Positions 48,956 through 62,479 of a stretch of 64,000 nt of DNA are shown piece after piece. This DNA is from Podarcis vaucheri (taxonomy: Eukaryota). How positions within the stretch are numbered: position 1 is the first letter of the stretch; each line of letters starts with the position of its first letter. Position numbers and translations under genes: made by a program. The notes beneath the pieces are model-generated. The model was not told the DNA's origin. It was given only the letters and a program-made list of their open reading frames with translations, and ran no database searches. The stretch lies in NCBI GenBank assembly GCA_965113315.1, contig OZ220369.1; one strand, written 5' to 3'.

Positions 48956-49194
48956 CAGTGGTACCTCAGGTTACATATGCTTCAGGTTACATACACTTCA
49001 GGTTACAGACTCCGCTAACCCAGAAATAGTACTGTACTTCGGGTTAAGAACTTTGCTTCAGGATGAGAACAGAAATCGTGCTCCGGCAGAAGCAGGAGGC
49101 CCCATTAGCTAAAGTGGTGCTTCAGGTTAAGAACAGTTTCAGGTTAAGAACGGACCTCCGGAACAAATTAAGTACTTAACCCAAGGTACTACTG
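48956..49194. mobile_element. Same MITE family, copy 2
   Basis: CAGTGGTACCTC ... AAGGTACTACTG-TA; shared internal sequence. Confidence 0.9.
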
Positions 49195-51029
49195 TATGTA
49201 CTTTGATCAGATCCCATTCACTGATAGGCTAAAGGCTGTGATAAGAAGGTTCACAGAGGGCAAAGACTTTTCCATCAGTCAAAATCTCAAAGGAGCTCAC
49301 CTTGGTAAAAAGCAAAAAAGTTGTATGTATGCTGACATACTCATTACACAGAGACACAAAAAAACTCAGTGCAAAGTTCTTCTACCCAGTAGTAATGCTG
49401 GGTAGGAAATTTCCCACCGTTACCTTTTTCAAAGGAAGGTAAACGTTCCACTTTTAGAAATGCACTACTTCATAAGATTGGTAATATAATGAACAGACAC
49501 AACTCAGATTGGGCAACTGGGACAGATACAATACCACTCAAACCTAAAATCGATGTTTTAATTGTATGATATTTAGGTGACTATACTTAGGAAGCACATA
49601 TATTTATGCACAGAACTCTTCAGACATTGTAAAATGAGTACGTTAACAGTCTTCAGATCCTTCATTTTCCCTTCATGCTGCAATCCTAAGCACACTTTAT
49701 AAAAAGTAAATTCCACTGTGTTTAATGGGACTCACTTCTGCGGAAGCAGACATAGGACTGTGCTGTTAAAATCCAATGATTTGTGGGAAGCATATGCTAC
49801 TGAGCTGTCAGGTCTTAATGTATTTCTGCGTATGTCAATAAAAATATTTTCCAAGTAAAGTTTTGATTCCCCCCCCCAACTATAATACTTAAGCCACGCT
49901 AACAGCACTTTATTGGTCTCCCCCAACCCAAAATTTCAGCTCACTGACTTGGGCTACAGGGGCTGGGGAGGAAACTTACAGCTCAAAAAAGGAACATGAT
50001 AGGTTAATAAACAAGACAGACAAACAAAACTGTAAGACTGTAATTCTAACCCCACTTACCTGGGAGTAAGCCCCAGCAGACATTGTTAGAATTGCACTAT
50101 TAGGCAAACAAACATGCTAAATGAGATTTCCAAAGATTTAGAACAGCTGAGGGGGGGGGAGAAATAAATTCAAATGTTTCCAGAAAAATTTTAGAATGTC
50201 TCCCCAAAATAATATTTACACATGCCCCAGTTGTTGCTCAAAGGCAAAAAACTCTGTTTTCCTTGGGACATCAGCAACCCAGTGGGCCGTTCGCTGGTCA
50301 AACTTATTTTAGTGCCGTTCACTGGCCGAAGGTATGCTAGCTATGTGGGTTTGGCAAGTTTAGCTCAGAGCAAGCCACAAGGCTTGCCCACATTTGGTCA
50401 TACGGATAAGGAGAGTGGGGCGAGTGGAGGAAGGCCATGGCACTCCAGAATAGTAAGCCAGCCTGGTCATGATACCTAACAGCTGCACTCTTCCAAAACC
50501 TTCATCCCCAGAGCCAGAAGCCAGTTTTAAATGGACACTTCAACCAATGGAGTTTGAAAGGGAGGGAAGGCCTTCTTCTCAGAAGTCCCTTGCTGTTTTA
50601 TTTATAACTTGCCTTTGATTGAGTTAGTCTCAAGACGACTTACAAAAGATTTGAACAGCAAACACAAACCCCCAAACAGCCCTTGGCCTCTTGGTTGAAA
50701 GATGGGGCCAGGACACTTTTCCTTTCTGCTCTGTGGCCTCATGTGGAACTTTAGAGGAGAAACTCACTGAAAACCCAATCCGCAGGGAAAAACATGGTCT
50801 CTGTGGGCCAGATGCCAGGCAGAAAGCAATATGGAAGACACAGGCATATGGAGCAAACAGACCTTTCCAAGCACGAGTGAGGGGACACAACTGCTTGTCC
50901 ATGACAAAGGACCCCAGGCCCGGAAAAAAGGGGTCTGAAGTTATGTGAAGTTAAATTGTTCTGGGCCTGACTAGTGAACCTAGATTTCCTTAGCTTTGCC
51001 ACTTGGGGATTCCTGAAGAACAGATACAT

Positions 51030-51399
51030 CAAGGGTTCCCAAACTGTGGTCTGTGGACCACCAGCAATCTCTGAGCCCTGTCAGGTGGTCTGAGGTGTGG
51101 CTGTGGATTTGTGGCTGAAGACAGGACAGCGGCAATCCATCACATTCAACATTCATACTTGTTTTTAATCGTATTTTTATTGCTTCTCTTATTTCTTACA
51201 TTGTATTTTACCATTTGATTTCAAATTGCAATACAATAAAACCCAAATATGAGAAGTAAAAGAAGCAATGCAAAAAAACAAAAAACCCAGTGTCTAGCAC
51301 AGCATATTACAATTACTACAACAGGCAGAAATATCACGTGGTCTGCCAAGACCTGCATCACTTTTCAAGTGGTCTGTGGGGCGAGGGTTGGGAACCACA
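51030..51399. mobile_element. hAT (Charlie-like) non-autonomous element
   Basis: CAAGGGTTCCCAAAC ... GGTTGGGAACCAC inverted ends with repeated gtggtc subterminal motifs. Confidence 0.65.
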
Positions 51400-51719
51400 G
51401 GAGGCATTGATTAATCTGGTTGCTGCCTCTCCTAGAGCAAATTAATAGCAGCCCAAACAGAACCACTGACCTGTGCACACCCGTCCTGGGTCAGGCACCT
51501 GTTTCAAGAAGGACAGGTTTCTGTGCTATCAGTCACCAAAGTTTCTCATTGAGGAGCTATAATTATTGCTATTATTAAGAAAATGTATTTGTCCCTTTTT
51601 CTTGCTATAAGAAACTCAAAGTGATTTACAAAAACAAAACAAAAAAAATCACATGCATACAATTAAAACAAAGGAGAAAATATATTAACACACATAGCAT
51701 TAAGAAGCCATAAATCATT

Positions 51720-51860
51720 AACAGAGGAATGTTTTTGGGTGGCACCTAAAGATATGTAACCATGGTGCCAGGTGAGCCTCCCTAGGGAGAGCATTCTACA
51801 AACGGAGGCAACACAGGAAAGGCCTGTTCTTGTGTTGCCACCCTCTGGACCCCGTGATGG
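51720..51860 (-). mobile_element. L2 LINE 3' fragment
   Basis: ggcacctaaagat...ggtgccaggtgagcctccctagggagagcattc. Related L2-like pieces at ~52440-52670 and ~58800-59200. Confidence 0.55.
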
Positions 51861-54800
51861 AGCTAATGCACTGAAATAGAAGTACATGAGCATCTTGCTC
51901 AGTATCTGCACCTGCAATCTGCACACGCTATGCTTGTCATGTCCGTAGAGGAGATCCATAGCTCAAGGCCAGAGTCCATGCTTTGCATGTAAATCCCAGG
52001 TCCAATCTTTAGTTAGCACCTTCGATTAGGAAGGGAAGAAACCACACAGCTGCATGCTAGATGGAACAGCCAACATGGTGCCCTCCAGATATTGTGGCAC
52101 TATAACCCCCATCATACTGGACTACTGGCTGGGCTAGCTGGGGCTAATACGAGCTTTAGCCCAACACCATCTGGAGGTCTCCACATTCCTTGTCATCAGA
52201 TTAGACAGTAGTAGGCTTGATGAGCCAGCATAAAGCAGCTTCATCTATCCAAACAGATCAGAAGACCAACAGCCATTGGCAAAAACACTGCATTTATTTG
52301 GAAAATGATACCCATGACAAATGTGAACCAGCCTTGGAAAAATATCTTGCTATATGGATTTAGAGATCAAACCCAAATATATGTGCATGTGTGCAAACAC
52401 ACACTTTGACTCTGTTACTTTGGGCTCTGATCAATTGTATTTTACAGAGGCTTGCCTGGTGCCATCACTACATATCTTCCTGTGCCAGGCAAAAGTATTC
52501 CTCTTTATCCAGGCCTCTGGCTTCTAATTATCTGTGGCATTTTTGCATGGATGGAGCGTTTTAATGTAGAGATTTTTCTTTGCTGGTTTTAACTTGTGTT
52601 TTTGTTTAAAATGCTCTAAGTCGTTTTGAGTTGCGGCAAAAAAGAAAGCAACTAATAAATTTAATAAACAATAATGCTTCTAGAGTACTGCTTTTTACTT
52701 CTGGGGTGTAGCGCTGTAATCAGGGCTAGAATCATGTTTAAAAGTAAGATCAGAACGCTCAGAATGCCAAATAGACCCCACAAAAGCACATCAGGTTAAG
52801 TGCTATGCAGCCTGCCCGTGAACTAACACATAACCAGAAGCAAACCACAGGATGTATTTACATGGCCTGCCTTTCATTTTCTCACTCTCATTCATGCACA
52901 TGAAGACACAGGAAGCCAAGTTTTTCATCTCTGACAGCTAAGATTTTAACTCTATACCTGACTAACTCCTCCGTAAAGACCTCAAGCACAAGATATCAGA
53001 TGTATTCATTATGCCCATAAATCACCTCCTCTCACTGCCCATCCCCCAGCTTCCCATCAGAATTACAGAGCATATCCAAGGGTCATAGAAGCTATCAGAA
53101 ATCAAAGAGAGGTTTTTTTAAAAAAAGTTGTCAAGATTTACAAGCTACACAGATTCTGTGTAAGGTAACAGGAATGCCAATGATTTCTACGGATCACCAT
53201 CATGGGTATCATTACCTGACTTTCCTACGAGGCTATGGCTGGGTCTGCAAGCCAGCAGACACAACCAAGCTACTACCTGCAGAGAGGACTGTAAAATGAA
53301 GCCTAGTCTCTCAACCTTTCTCTCCACCTGAAGTGGTGGACTGCACCTTACTATAAAACCACACCTTAAGTTGCAGCATTATCAACGTGACAAGAAAAAG
53401 GAAGACCTGAGCAGAGAAGCAGCCCCGAGAAGCTTCAGGTTGAAAAGGGAAGAGAGTGGTACACACATGAAAGGAGAGCAAGCTCTGAACTCTGGGCCTG
53501 TTTTATAAGACAAGCTTGCCCAAAATCACACAAATGGAATCAGAGGCAAAGTAAGCCTACAGAGGAGAAAGGCTTACTCTATTTGTACTCAGTATGTATA
53601 TTTGCAATTAAAAACAAATGTTACAAGGCAAGAGAGAGAGAAGGGCTTAGATCAGAAGACCTAAGAAGACTCATAGTTCTCCACATGCTGAAGACCTGTG
53701 AAACAGTGACCCTCTCGGGCTAGAAAGCTTTTTCAATTCCTAGGTCAAAGATATCTCAAGTTCTTGGACACGAGGATCAAACTGCCATATATATATATTT
53801 TCCAAATCTTATTCGAGTAGCTGTTAGTAGAATTTCTATAGCTTTCTCTCATTAAGGAAATTTGCTTCCATAGACTTCTGGAGACAGAGACAGAGACAGA
53901 GCAGAGGCGAGGGTTATACCTCTGCTCCAGCTACTGGTGACACCAGAGTCAGAGGACTGGGAAAACTTTGTCCCACCTCAACATTTTAGCCAGTGGTAGA
54001 CCTGTGAACTTCCCCCACAGCTGTCAAGTGGAGTCACAGCAGAAAGCAAGGAGCTGTTAAGGTGCAAAAGTGCTGCAAGATCTTTTTCTGCATCATGGAA
54101 CACAAGTGCCATTATTCTCATTTGAGAGGAGCAAGTATAGTGGCTAAGAGCCAGCAATGTGGAAGCTCCCTCTCTCCCCCATATCTCTTCTCCTACAATG
54201 GCCACTGCCAATCTTTTTTCCCTTCAAACTCAGCTCCCACATTAGCCACATTGAGATAGTAGCTGTAGCTAATCATGTTTAGATAATGATGGTGAAGTGC
54301 TTCAAAAACTCTACAGCACAGTAGCCATGCTCACTAATAAGCAGAGATAATGGTTTGCCGTGGCAGAGCTGGGCATAGCCAGGTTCCCACCACATCCAGT
54401 GATAGTGGTCCCTGAACACTGACCACATTGAGTGGGGCTGATGGGAGCTGTAATCCAATAGCATCCAGAGGGTACCACAAAGACTATCCTGATCTGTGGG
54501 ACCACACTTTCTCAGAGGGCAAAAAGCAAATTCTTGTGATATAACTTTTATACACAAAACGAGTTGCCCGTTACTTGCAGGGTGAAGGCTGAGCCCTCAT
54601 ATTTCTCTTAGCTCTGCAAAGGAGCCCACCTGTCATTACTGAACAAGGATTGTTTTCATCCCCCTGAAAAAGTGCTCTTCTAACTACATGTGGGCTCCCA
54701 GCCTCTCCTGGGCCAAGAGTCCTTCCTCTCACCTTCCTTCCTGCCCTGCACTCAGCACCACCACAGGAAAGCCCTCATGGGTTGCAGCCTTTCCTTAATC

Positions 54801-55899
54801 TATCATCCCCATCCAGAGAAATGAGCAAAGCCAAGCACAGATCTCTTGAGCAGGAAGGGATGGCAGTGTGGGGAATTATGGCATGCTGCAGCAGCCCTGG
54901 AAGGGGTCAGGTAGAGGAGCTGAAGCAGCACACATGCCAGAAACAAAGCAACTGGCCGGTGTGGGGTACCGGTGGGTGGGGGGAAGATGGGAGGAGGCGT
55001 GGTCACGGAAGGGAGAGGAAAGAGTCTCAGCTGGGGGCAGGCAGGGAAAGAGAGAAAAGAGGGCTTGAACGTCGCCCCCCCCCCATATTTTTCTGATTGC
55101 AACAGCATTAAATGGACATGAAATCAGAGCGGCCAGCAGGGTGTGTATGAAGAGAAATGCAAGAGACCAAGATGAAAGGATCAAAGTAGAGGGGCAACAT
55201 CAGTGAGCAGGGGGCCGATTTCTGAACGGAAGGAGTAGGCCAGACTGCAGACGAGGGCAAACCTGAGGGTGAGAAGCAGCCATGGCCAAAGCAACTCTGT
55301 CCTCGCCCTGCAAGGAACAGAGCGGGAGTCTTCAACCGTTTCTTTTTGGGGACGGGGGGGACTGTATGCCGGTGATGAGCGACTGATTTCCGCAACGAAG
55401 GTGTTCAGGGGGTTGTCTCCACAAACCCGTATCCCAGTGAGAGGCCGGAGATGGGGAAGGAGGGGCGTGGTGGCTTAAAAGCTTGCAAAGGGGCACGTTG
55501 GTCCCCCCCTCCTCGATTCCCCGTCCCTCTCTCCGCCGCCCCAAACACCGTATGCCAGATCTACTAACCCCCTCGGCTCCGCTCCCCCTGCAGTCCTACG
55601 TGCCCTAAGCAGCCTTCCTGGGAAGGCCACCCCGTGGAGCTCAGCGAGGCTTACTCCCAAGAAAGCCTGCACACCAACTGCAACGGGAGTCCAAGGAGTA
55701 CGTAGAGGGCTGGGCTGCCACGGCTGGTCCTTGAACGAGGGGTGGGAAGGAGGACGGGGAGCGCTCCTGTACAGGACGCCAATTTGCCAGCCAGACCCTC
55801 TGGCAGGAGATTCCATTCCCTGCTGGGCTGCCGCGGCTGAGCCATTCATAAGAGCCAAAGCTGCTGCCGTACGGGAGGAGGAGGAGAGGCGGCGGGAGG

Positions 55900-56460
55900 G
55901 CTCCTGCTCAGGACACCAGCTGGTCAGCCGGCCAGCCATGCCCTCTACCAGGAGACTCCATTCCAACCCTACCTACCCTTTCCCACCCCCGCCCCGAGAA
56001 AGAGAAGGTTTCGCGCGCACCGCGGCGGGGGTAGATGGGCGGGCAGGGGGCGGCCTGCCCCTTCTTACCCATCGCCGCCGCCTCCGGGCCCGGCCCCGCC
56101 GGCCACCGTCCGCTTCTTGCCTGTCCCAGCCAACTCGGGCTCTTCGACTCCGCCACCTGACAACGGACGTGACGCGACGCTGCCGTCATCGCTAACGCCG
56201 GCCACGCCCCCGCAGGCTGCCGCCGCCGCCATCTTCTTCCCCGGAGCCTCGGCCTGTGTCAAAGATGGCGCCGACAGAAGCAAGGCCGGGCGGAAGAGAG
56301 GAAGGGGGGAAGTAGGCAGGGAGTGCCGGTGCAGGATTGGTGAACTCGAGAGTCCCCCACCCCTCCCTTCGGTAAGAAATCAGCCCTGCCCCTCACCTAC
56401 TCGAGGGCGAATGAAAGACCTACGCGGGGTATGATTGGCAGGCTCCGACTGACGTCACTT
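55900..56460 (-). promoter_or_regulatory. STK40: STK40 CpG-island promoter and first exon (donor at 56069/56068)
   Basis: CpG dense; GG|GTAAGA donor; two opposed AAGATGGCG YY1-like motifs (~56227-56235 on -, ~56262-56270 on +); CCAAT boxes 56336 and 56434; CRE TGACGTCA 56450-56457. Confidence 0.85.
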
Positions 56461-56759
56461 TAAATACCATAGGTTAACTGTATTAATCTATCTTTATTAT
56501 TTCTCTTTCGGAGCAACGTGTTTAAATATAATTAATTATTAAAAAAGCAAAACACATGAGAAACCTGGCCTAGCTGTTTCTACCAAATCTGCTCCTGGAA
56601 CTGGCCTAGGGGGAAAGGGGGCTTTATTATTTATTTATTTTTATAACTCTTATCTTCCCACCTTTTCCTCTACGACGCTCAAGGCGGCGCACATGTTTAA
56701 TGGCCGAGTAGGGATTTGAACCCTGGTCTCCCTGATCCTACTAAGGCTACAGTACAACA

Positions 56760-56945
56760 CCCTGGTAGATCAGGGTTCAAATCCCCACTTAGCCATGAAG
56801 CTCACTGTGTGACCTTGAGCAAAGCACTACCTCTCGGCCTCACCTACCTTCACAGGGTTGTTGTGGGAATTAAATGAGGAGAACCATGTCTGCACACCAC
56901 CTTCAGCTCCTTGGAGAGAAAAAGGTGGGCTATAAATGCAGTAAA
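56760..56945 (+). mobile_element. tRNA-headed MIR/L2-related SINE
   Basis: GGGTTCAAATCCC B box, gccatgaagctcactg, cctacc..cacagggttgttgtg; homologues at 57510 and 59937. Confidence 0.75.
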
Positions 56946-57509
56946 AAAATATATTGATGGGGCCTTCGCTTGCTCCTTATTTGACAGCCTCAAATTGCCA
57001 TATCTCTTAAGTAGAGGTTTTTTTTTAAAAAAAGTGAAAAGCAAGTAACCCAGAGCAACCCTCAGCCACTTTTGTAACTGGTGAGTCATGCTTGGGTGAT
57101 GGGGGCAGGAGGGAGAAGGACAAACAGCAGCTCGCTTTCTCTCCCTCAGTTGAGCACTTGCATCATGCAGGCATGACTCACTCTATGGGAGCCTCAACTG
57201 CCACTTGTACAAACAACAGACTCCAGGGAGGTAACAAAAGAGTGTTCGCCTTCCTTAGTACTGCCGGCATTAGGGGAAGTGGGGCTGCAGTCACCAAGCC
57301 TGACTTGAGCCCTCTGCCAATTTGGAGACTCTTTCTGCAAACAGCTCTGTGTTCTGGGTGTGCAACTCCCTCTTGCTATCATTGGCAGGGATGCTCAGCA
57401 CCGTTTGGAAATAAAGCCAGGCTCTTCCCACGCTTTGTCTAGTGCCAACTGAAGTGGATAGAAATCACTTATTCTAGAAGTTGTTGCAGCAGCCAAGAAT
57501 CCTGAATTA

Positions 57510-57735
57510 TGAGCCAGTGGTGGTGTGCTGGTTAGTGTTGGACTAGGACCTGAGAAACTGGCGTCCGAATCCCCACTCAGCCATGAAGCTCACTGGGTGA
57601 CCTTGGGCCAGTCACTTACTCTCAACTTAACCCACCTCACAAGGTGGTTGTGGGGATTGAATGAGGAAAGGGAGAATCATGCAAGCACCTTGAGTTCCAT
57701 AGTGGAAAAGGTGCAATATAAATGCAATAAATAAC
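57510..57735 (+). mobile_element. tRNA-headed MIR/L2-related SINE
   Basis: Same family as 56760; ends aataaataa. Confidence 0.75.
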
Positions 57736-57784
57736 AACAAATGCCACGTGTGCAGTCTGACTAGAGACCCTCAAAATACATATA

Positions 57785-58026
57785 CAGTGGTACCTTGGGT
57801 TAAGAACTTAATTAGTTCTGGAGGTCCGTTCTTAACCTGAAACTGTTCTTAACCTGAGGTACCACTTTAGCTAATGGGGCCTCCTGCTGCTGCCGCGCTG
57901 CCATCACACGATTTCTGTTCTCATCCTGAAACAAAGTTATTAACCTGAGGTACTATTTCTGGGTTAGCGGAGTCTGTAACCTGAAGCGTCTGTAACTTGA
58001 AGCGTATGTAACCTGAGGTACCACTG
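57785..58026. mobile_element. Same MITE family, copy 3 (opposite orientation)
   Basis: TA-CAGTGGTACCT ... AGGTACCACTG-TA. Confidence 0.9.
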
Positions 58027-59936
58027 TAGCTGCAAGCAAAAAGTCGGGAGACATTTCAGCATGTCCAAACTAGTTAGCATAGCAAATATGGAGCACACAG
58101 AATTCCATGGCCGTCATTGGCTCCTTAATGTGATGTGGCCAAGATGCCACGTTTTTCTAACCAGACAGACACACCAACATGTGCCAGGCAGCCTCTGCAC
58201 AGCCTTTGATTCACTTTGTAAACTTGCACCTGCTCCATCAGGTGAAGGGGACGTGTTAACATTTCCTGCAGTACAGATGAGTCACGTGCATGCAATGGCG
58301 GTGAAAGTAGCTGTGGGGCCCACATTGCTGCAGCATTCAGCACACATTAAGATGGATCCACACAAACATTAACTCTTTTGGGCTGTAGATTTTGGAAAGA
58401 AAAGCAAAGCTGGTGCAGACAGGCAGGCTGTCTGCTGTGTCCTCAGTGGCCCTGGAAAGCTCTGAATCATCAGCCCAAAGGCATTTAAGTCCAGCTCCTC
58501 TCCTGTGCCAGTTACCCCTCAACATGTGCTAGGCAAGTCAGCAGACTTGGCAGGAAGAGCAGCTTTCAATGCCTGTTGGAGGAAGGAGGGAATGCTGCTC
58601 TTTCATCTGCCTAGAGAGTAGCTGAACTTAATAGTGGGAAATAACAGGTGGCCTGTTGCCAGTACAGTACCTCTTTTGTGGGGAAGATGGTGGAGAAGCT
58701 GCAGAACTGCAAGTGTTCCTGGATGACACTGGTTATCAGGATCCAGGTTTAGGCGTGTTTTGGGGAATTAATTGGCCTTGGTCACCTTGATGGATGACCT
58801 GTAATGGGAGAAATATGGTGGTGCATGGCCCTGTAACAATTGCTTGATCTCTCAGCAGCTTTAGATAGCATTGGTCATGGTAACCTACTGGATCACCTGA
58901 GTGGGATGGGTGGAGACACTATATTAGTGATTCCACTCATACTTGCTTGCTTGTGTCCAGACAATAACACTGGGTGGGGGACTGCTCTTTGACATTGTTC
59001 TGGCATTGATATACAAAGCCCTGAGCAACTTGGGCCTAAAATACCTGAAGCCTGAACTGTTATATTCCAGCTTGACCACTGAAATCCAGAGGGATGATGT
59101 TAGTTGTCCCCCCACGTTACAGACCGACATTTAGAAACCAGACATTTAGCACTACTGGTCACATAGCCTCTGATGTACCTGCTTACTCTGCGCCTTGGAA
59201 CCTGACTTCTGTATCAAACTGACTTATGCATTAAAACTTTTGGAAGAAATGGTGTTGAGAGTTCTAGTTCCTCATCCAGCTGAGAGTCAGGACAATTCCC
59301 AAGCATTGCTTATCCATGGTGCAAACCATTCTCTCCTAACAAAAGAGCCATAGTTAGCAGCAACCTGCCCTCATAGTACCTGCTGCCCACTTTGGAGTGG
59401 GGCTGCCAGTTCAACTAAGTAATGCCCATGGGTGAAACGCAAGGGGGAACTGAGCAACAGTTAGGGGATGTTAGTAAGGCTGCAGCTGCCCTCCTCCATT
59501 ATTTTCAGAAGAGAAGGCATTACAGTCTACACATGTGCTTCTGGCAAAAAGAGATGATGCCCAGCAGCTGTATCATGAACTGAATGCACTCTGTCAGATG
59601 CAACTTCAGATCAAACAAGAGGATGAGTGAGAGAAGGGCTCAATGACAGGTTTATGTTTTGCAATCCTTGGGCATCTTCTACTGGAAAGATGTGATGCAG
59701 CAGAACTAAGAAAGCTCTCTCTGCCCATGGCTTTGGAAAACCACCACCATTAGTCAGCACTGGGCTAAATCAGACTCCTACAACTCCCATTAGTCCCACC
59801 CAGCATGAGCAGTAGCCAGGGATGATGTGAAGTGTAGTCCAGCCTCTGGAGAGCAGCAGGGTGGAAAAGGCTAGGCAAGATAGGCCAAGTTCCTGATACT
59901 ACTACTACATGTTCATATTGCATTATTGAGGTTCTA

Positions 59937-60160
59937 GAGCCAGCGTGGTGCAACGATTAGTGTTGGACTAAAACCTGGGGGACCAGGGTTCAAATCCTCA
60001 CTCAGTCATGACATTGGGCCAGTCACTTAATTCAGCCTAACCTACCTCACAGGGCTGTTGTGGAGATGAAATGGGGGAAGAGAACTGTATATGCCACCTT
60101 GTGCTCCTTGGAGGAAAGGTGAGATATAAATGTAAGTAAGTAAGTAAGTAAATAAATAAA
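59937..60160 (+). mobile_element. tRNA-headed MIR/L2-related SINE
   Basis: Same family; tail (gtaa)n(ataa)n. Confidence 0.78.
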
Positions 60161-60667
60161 GAGTCAAACAAGGACTGAGTGCTCTCTCATTTGTAATTTA
60201 ACCTTGGCTCAGCTGCTACTTTTCTCAGCCTGCAAATCCTTGTTAAAGAGGGATGATATGAGGATTTTCAACGTACAAAAAGGTGCTGGTTGGTCTGGTA
60301 AGAAACAGTTTGTAAAAGGAAAGTGGATCTTAAAATTTTGTAAACAGTTTATTTGGAAAAATGAGGCTGAAGAGGGTGAAGAGAGTATTAGTCCACAGAA
60401 AGCAAGAATCCTATTTGTTGCTAAGGTCAGTTGTATTCGAACTTATTCTTACAAAGAGACCTAATGCCCACTTCCCCGTTCTATAGAAAAGTTTGGTGAA
60501 CTCTTGAACTCAGGAAGTGCAGCCAGGTAAGGCATCTAGAAAAATCAGGGAGGGTTGTTTACAGGTCACTTCTAATCTCAGTCCAGAAAAATGTGCTTCT
60601 TCATCAGGAGTACAAGCAATGTCAGGCTGAGTTTGAGGCACATGGCAAATCCAGGGCACTAGCCTGC

Positions 60668-61039
60668 TCATTTGTAGCTCTGCTTAAGGAACTCCTTCCT
60701 GCCCCTGTCTCGGCCACCAAAAGTGCGAACTCTGTGAATGAGCTGCAGCTGTTTCTCAATGGTGGTCGTGATGTCCATGTCATCAGGGATGTGGACGTAG
60801 CGGACGTTCCTTCCCGTCACAAACAGATCATCCAGCCAGGTGGAATGGCCACACCGGTCGGTGAACGTCGCCTCGGCCAGGCGGATGTTCATGAAGGCGT
60901 CAACATTGGTGATGCGTCCCACAGCCATGCTCTCGTCCCGCAACTCCACAGTGGTGACGTGTCCGTGGAGGCCCTGCAGCAGGATGACAAGGCTGTTCTC
61001 CGAGATGGTGCGCTCCTTCACGGAGTGGCTGATCTCCAT
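60668..61039 (-). CDS. LSM10: U7 snRNA-associated Sm-like protein LSm10, single coding exon, 123 aa
   Basis: [37 protein letters not shown]...[18 protein letters not shown], an Sm fold; acceptor just upstream; AATAAA (-) at 60348-60353; next to STK40 as in mammals. Confidence 0.97.
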   Translation of the reverse strand: MEISHSVKERTISENSLVILLQGLHGHVTTVELRDESMAVGRITNVDAFMNIRLAEATFTDRCGHSTWLDDLFVTGRNVRYVHIPDDMDITTTIEKQLQLIHRVRTFGGRDRGRKEFLKQSYK

Positions 61040-61849
61040 GGCGTGGCACCACCTGATGGCTGGAACAGAAACAGGAGGAAGAAGAGAGTTCAGTGAGTTA
61101 GCCCCATTAATCGCTTTCTCTCGTGCTATATAGAGAACGGGTCTGTGCCAACCACGGAATTCAGCTCATGATTTTAAAATCACAGTTCTTGTTTGTTTTG
61201 CTTGGAGAGTACACAGGTGAAACCTCAAAACCCAAACTGAGGCTCTGCAGGATCTCTAAAGGAACCTAAGCAAGCTTCAGTACAGAACTCTGTGTGTTGG
61301 TTGGCCTCTCCTTAGCAGCCAGGCAGTAATAATCAAAAGGGGCTGAGCCCATGATCTATCATCTGTCCCAAAGAATCTGCACATGCCCAGAGGCCAACTG
61401 CTCAGCAACCAAACATTCTCACTTGGAAGGAGCAGCAGTAAAATAGCGAGAAAGCTGAATTTCTTCTCTTTCCCATAATGTATTTATGTATACTGTATGT
61501 GCTTCAGTGTAAGTTGCTGCAAGACCTATTTGGTGACAAGCAACTAATAAGTTTAGTGGTGCCAGGGCCACTGAGAGAGGAACACTGTTACACTGGGTCC
61601 AGACTCTTGAGCTTTCTTTCTTTCTGTGTGTTTTTTTTAATTGAATTTAACACTTGTAGAAGGAAAGTGAGGAAGCAAAATGTGTGGGCATTTGAAGCAA
61701 TCACTATTTGAAGCAATTGCTTTGTGATATGAGCCTATTCCTGCTTTTCTGTTTTTAGCCAATGAGTACAGTCACAGCTGTGACCCATAAGTGCTGTGGG
61801 CAAATACATACACAGAGAGGAACCCTCAAACTTGGAAGCCTTTAAAAAA

Positions 61850-62120
61850 AAAGGATTGGGCAAATCAGCGGAGAAGGCAGTTGATGCTTCCTACCCATGA
61901 TGGAGGCCAGGCTCTGCCTGCACAGCCTGAGGCAGATGTGTTTCTTAACGCCAGCTGCTAGAAACAGCAGGAGGGTGTGTGTGCTGCTATTGCCCTCTGG
62001 TCCTGCTCTGGGATTTTTACATTGGGGGCATCTGTTTGGCCACTGTGAGATGAGGACACTGGGCTAGATTGGCCTCCTATGCCTCAATCTAGCTGCAGCC
62101 GGGCTGTTCTGATGTTCTTC
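61850..62120 (+). mobile_element. Old CR1 3' fragment in the LSM10 intron
   Basis: ggcatctgtttggccactgtgagatgaggacactgggctagattggcc...gggctgttctgatgttct. Confidence 0.7.
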
Positions 62121-62479
62121 TGTAAAACAACTTCCAAGTGGCCCAAAGAGTCCCTCTCATCAAGGAGGTGGCCTTCTAGTGGGGAAGAGGGCCCGATCCA
62201 CTCATGGGGCCTCCTGGGCCGCAGGAAATCCTGTGGGCGCAGAAAGCAAGCAGGCCGGCCGGCCGGCAGGAGAAGCAGACCCAGGGGCTCATGATAGGGG
62301 TCCCCAGCATGAGCTGCCCTGGCATAGGTGTAGCCAAGGGGGGCAGGTAGGAGCAGCTGCTCCCTTCAATAAAAATAAATAAAAATACAGGGGGTGGGGG
62401 CAGAACCTCTGTTAGCTAACAAATGACCCTAACAAAAATCCTGGCTACGCCCATGCCCCCTAGGCCTGCTCCTGGCTGC

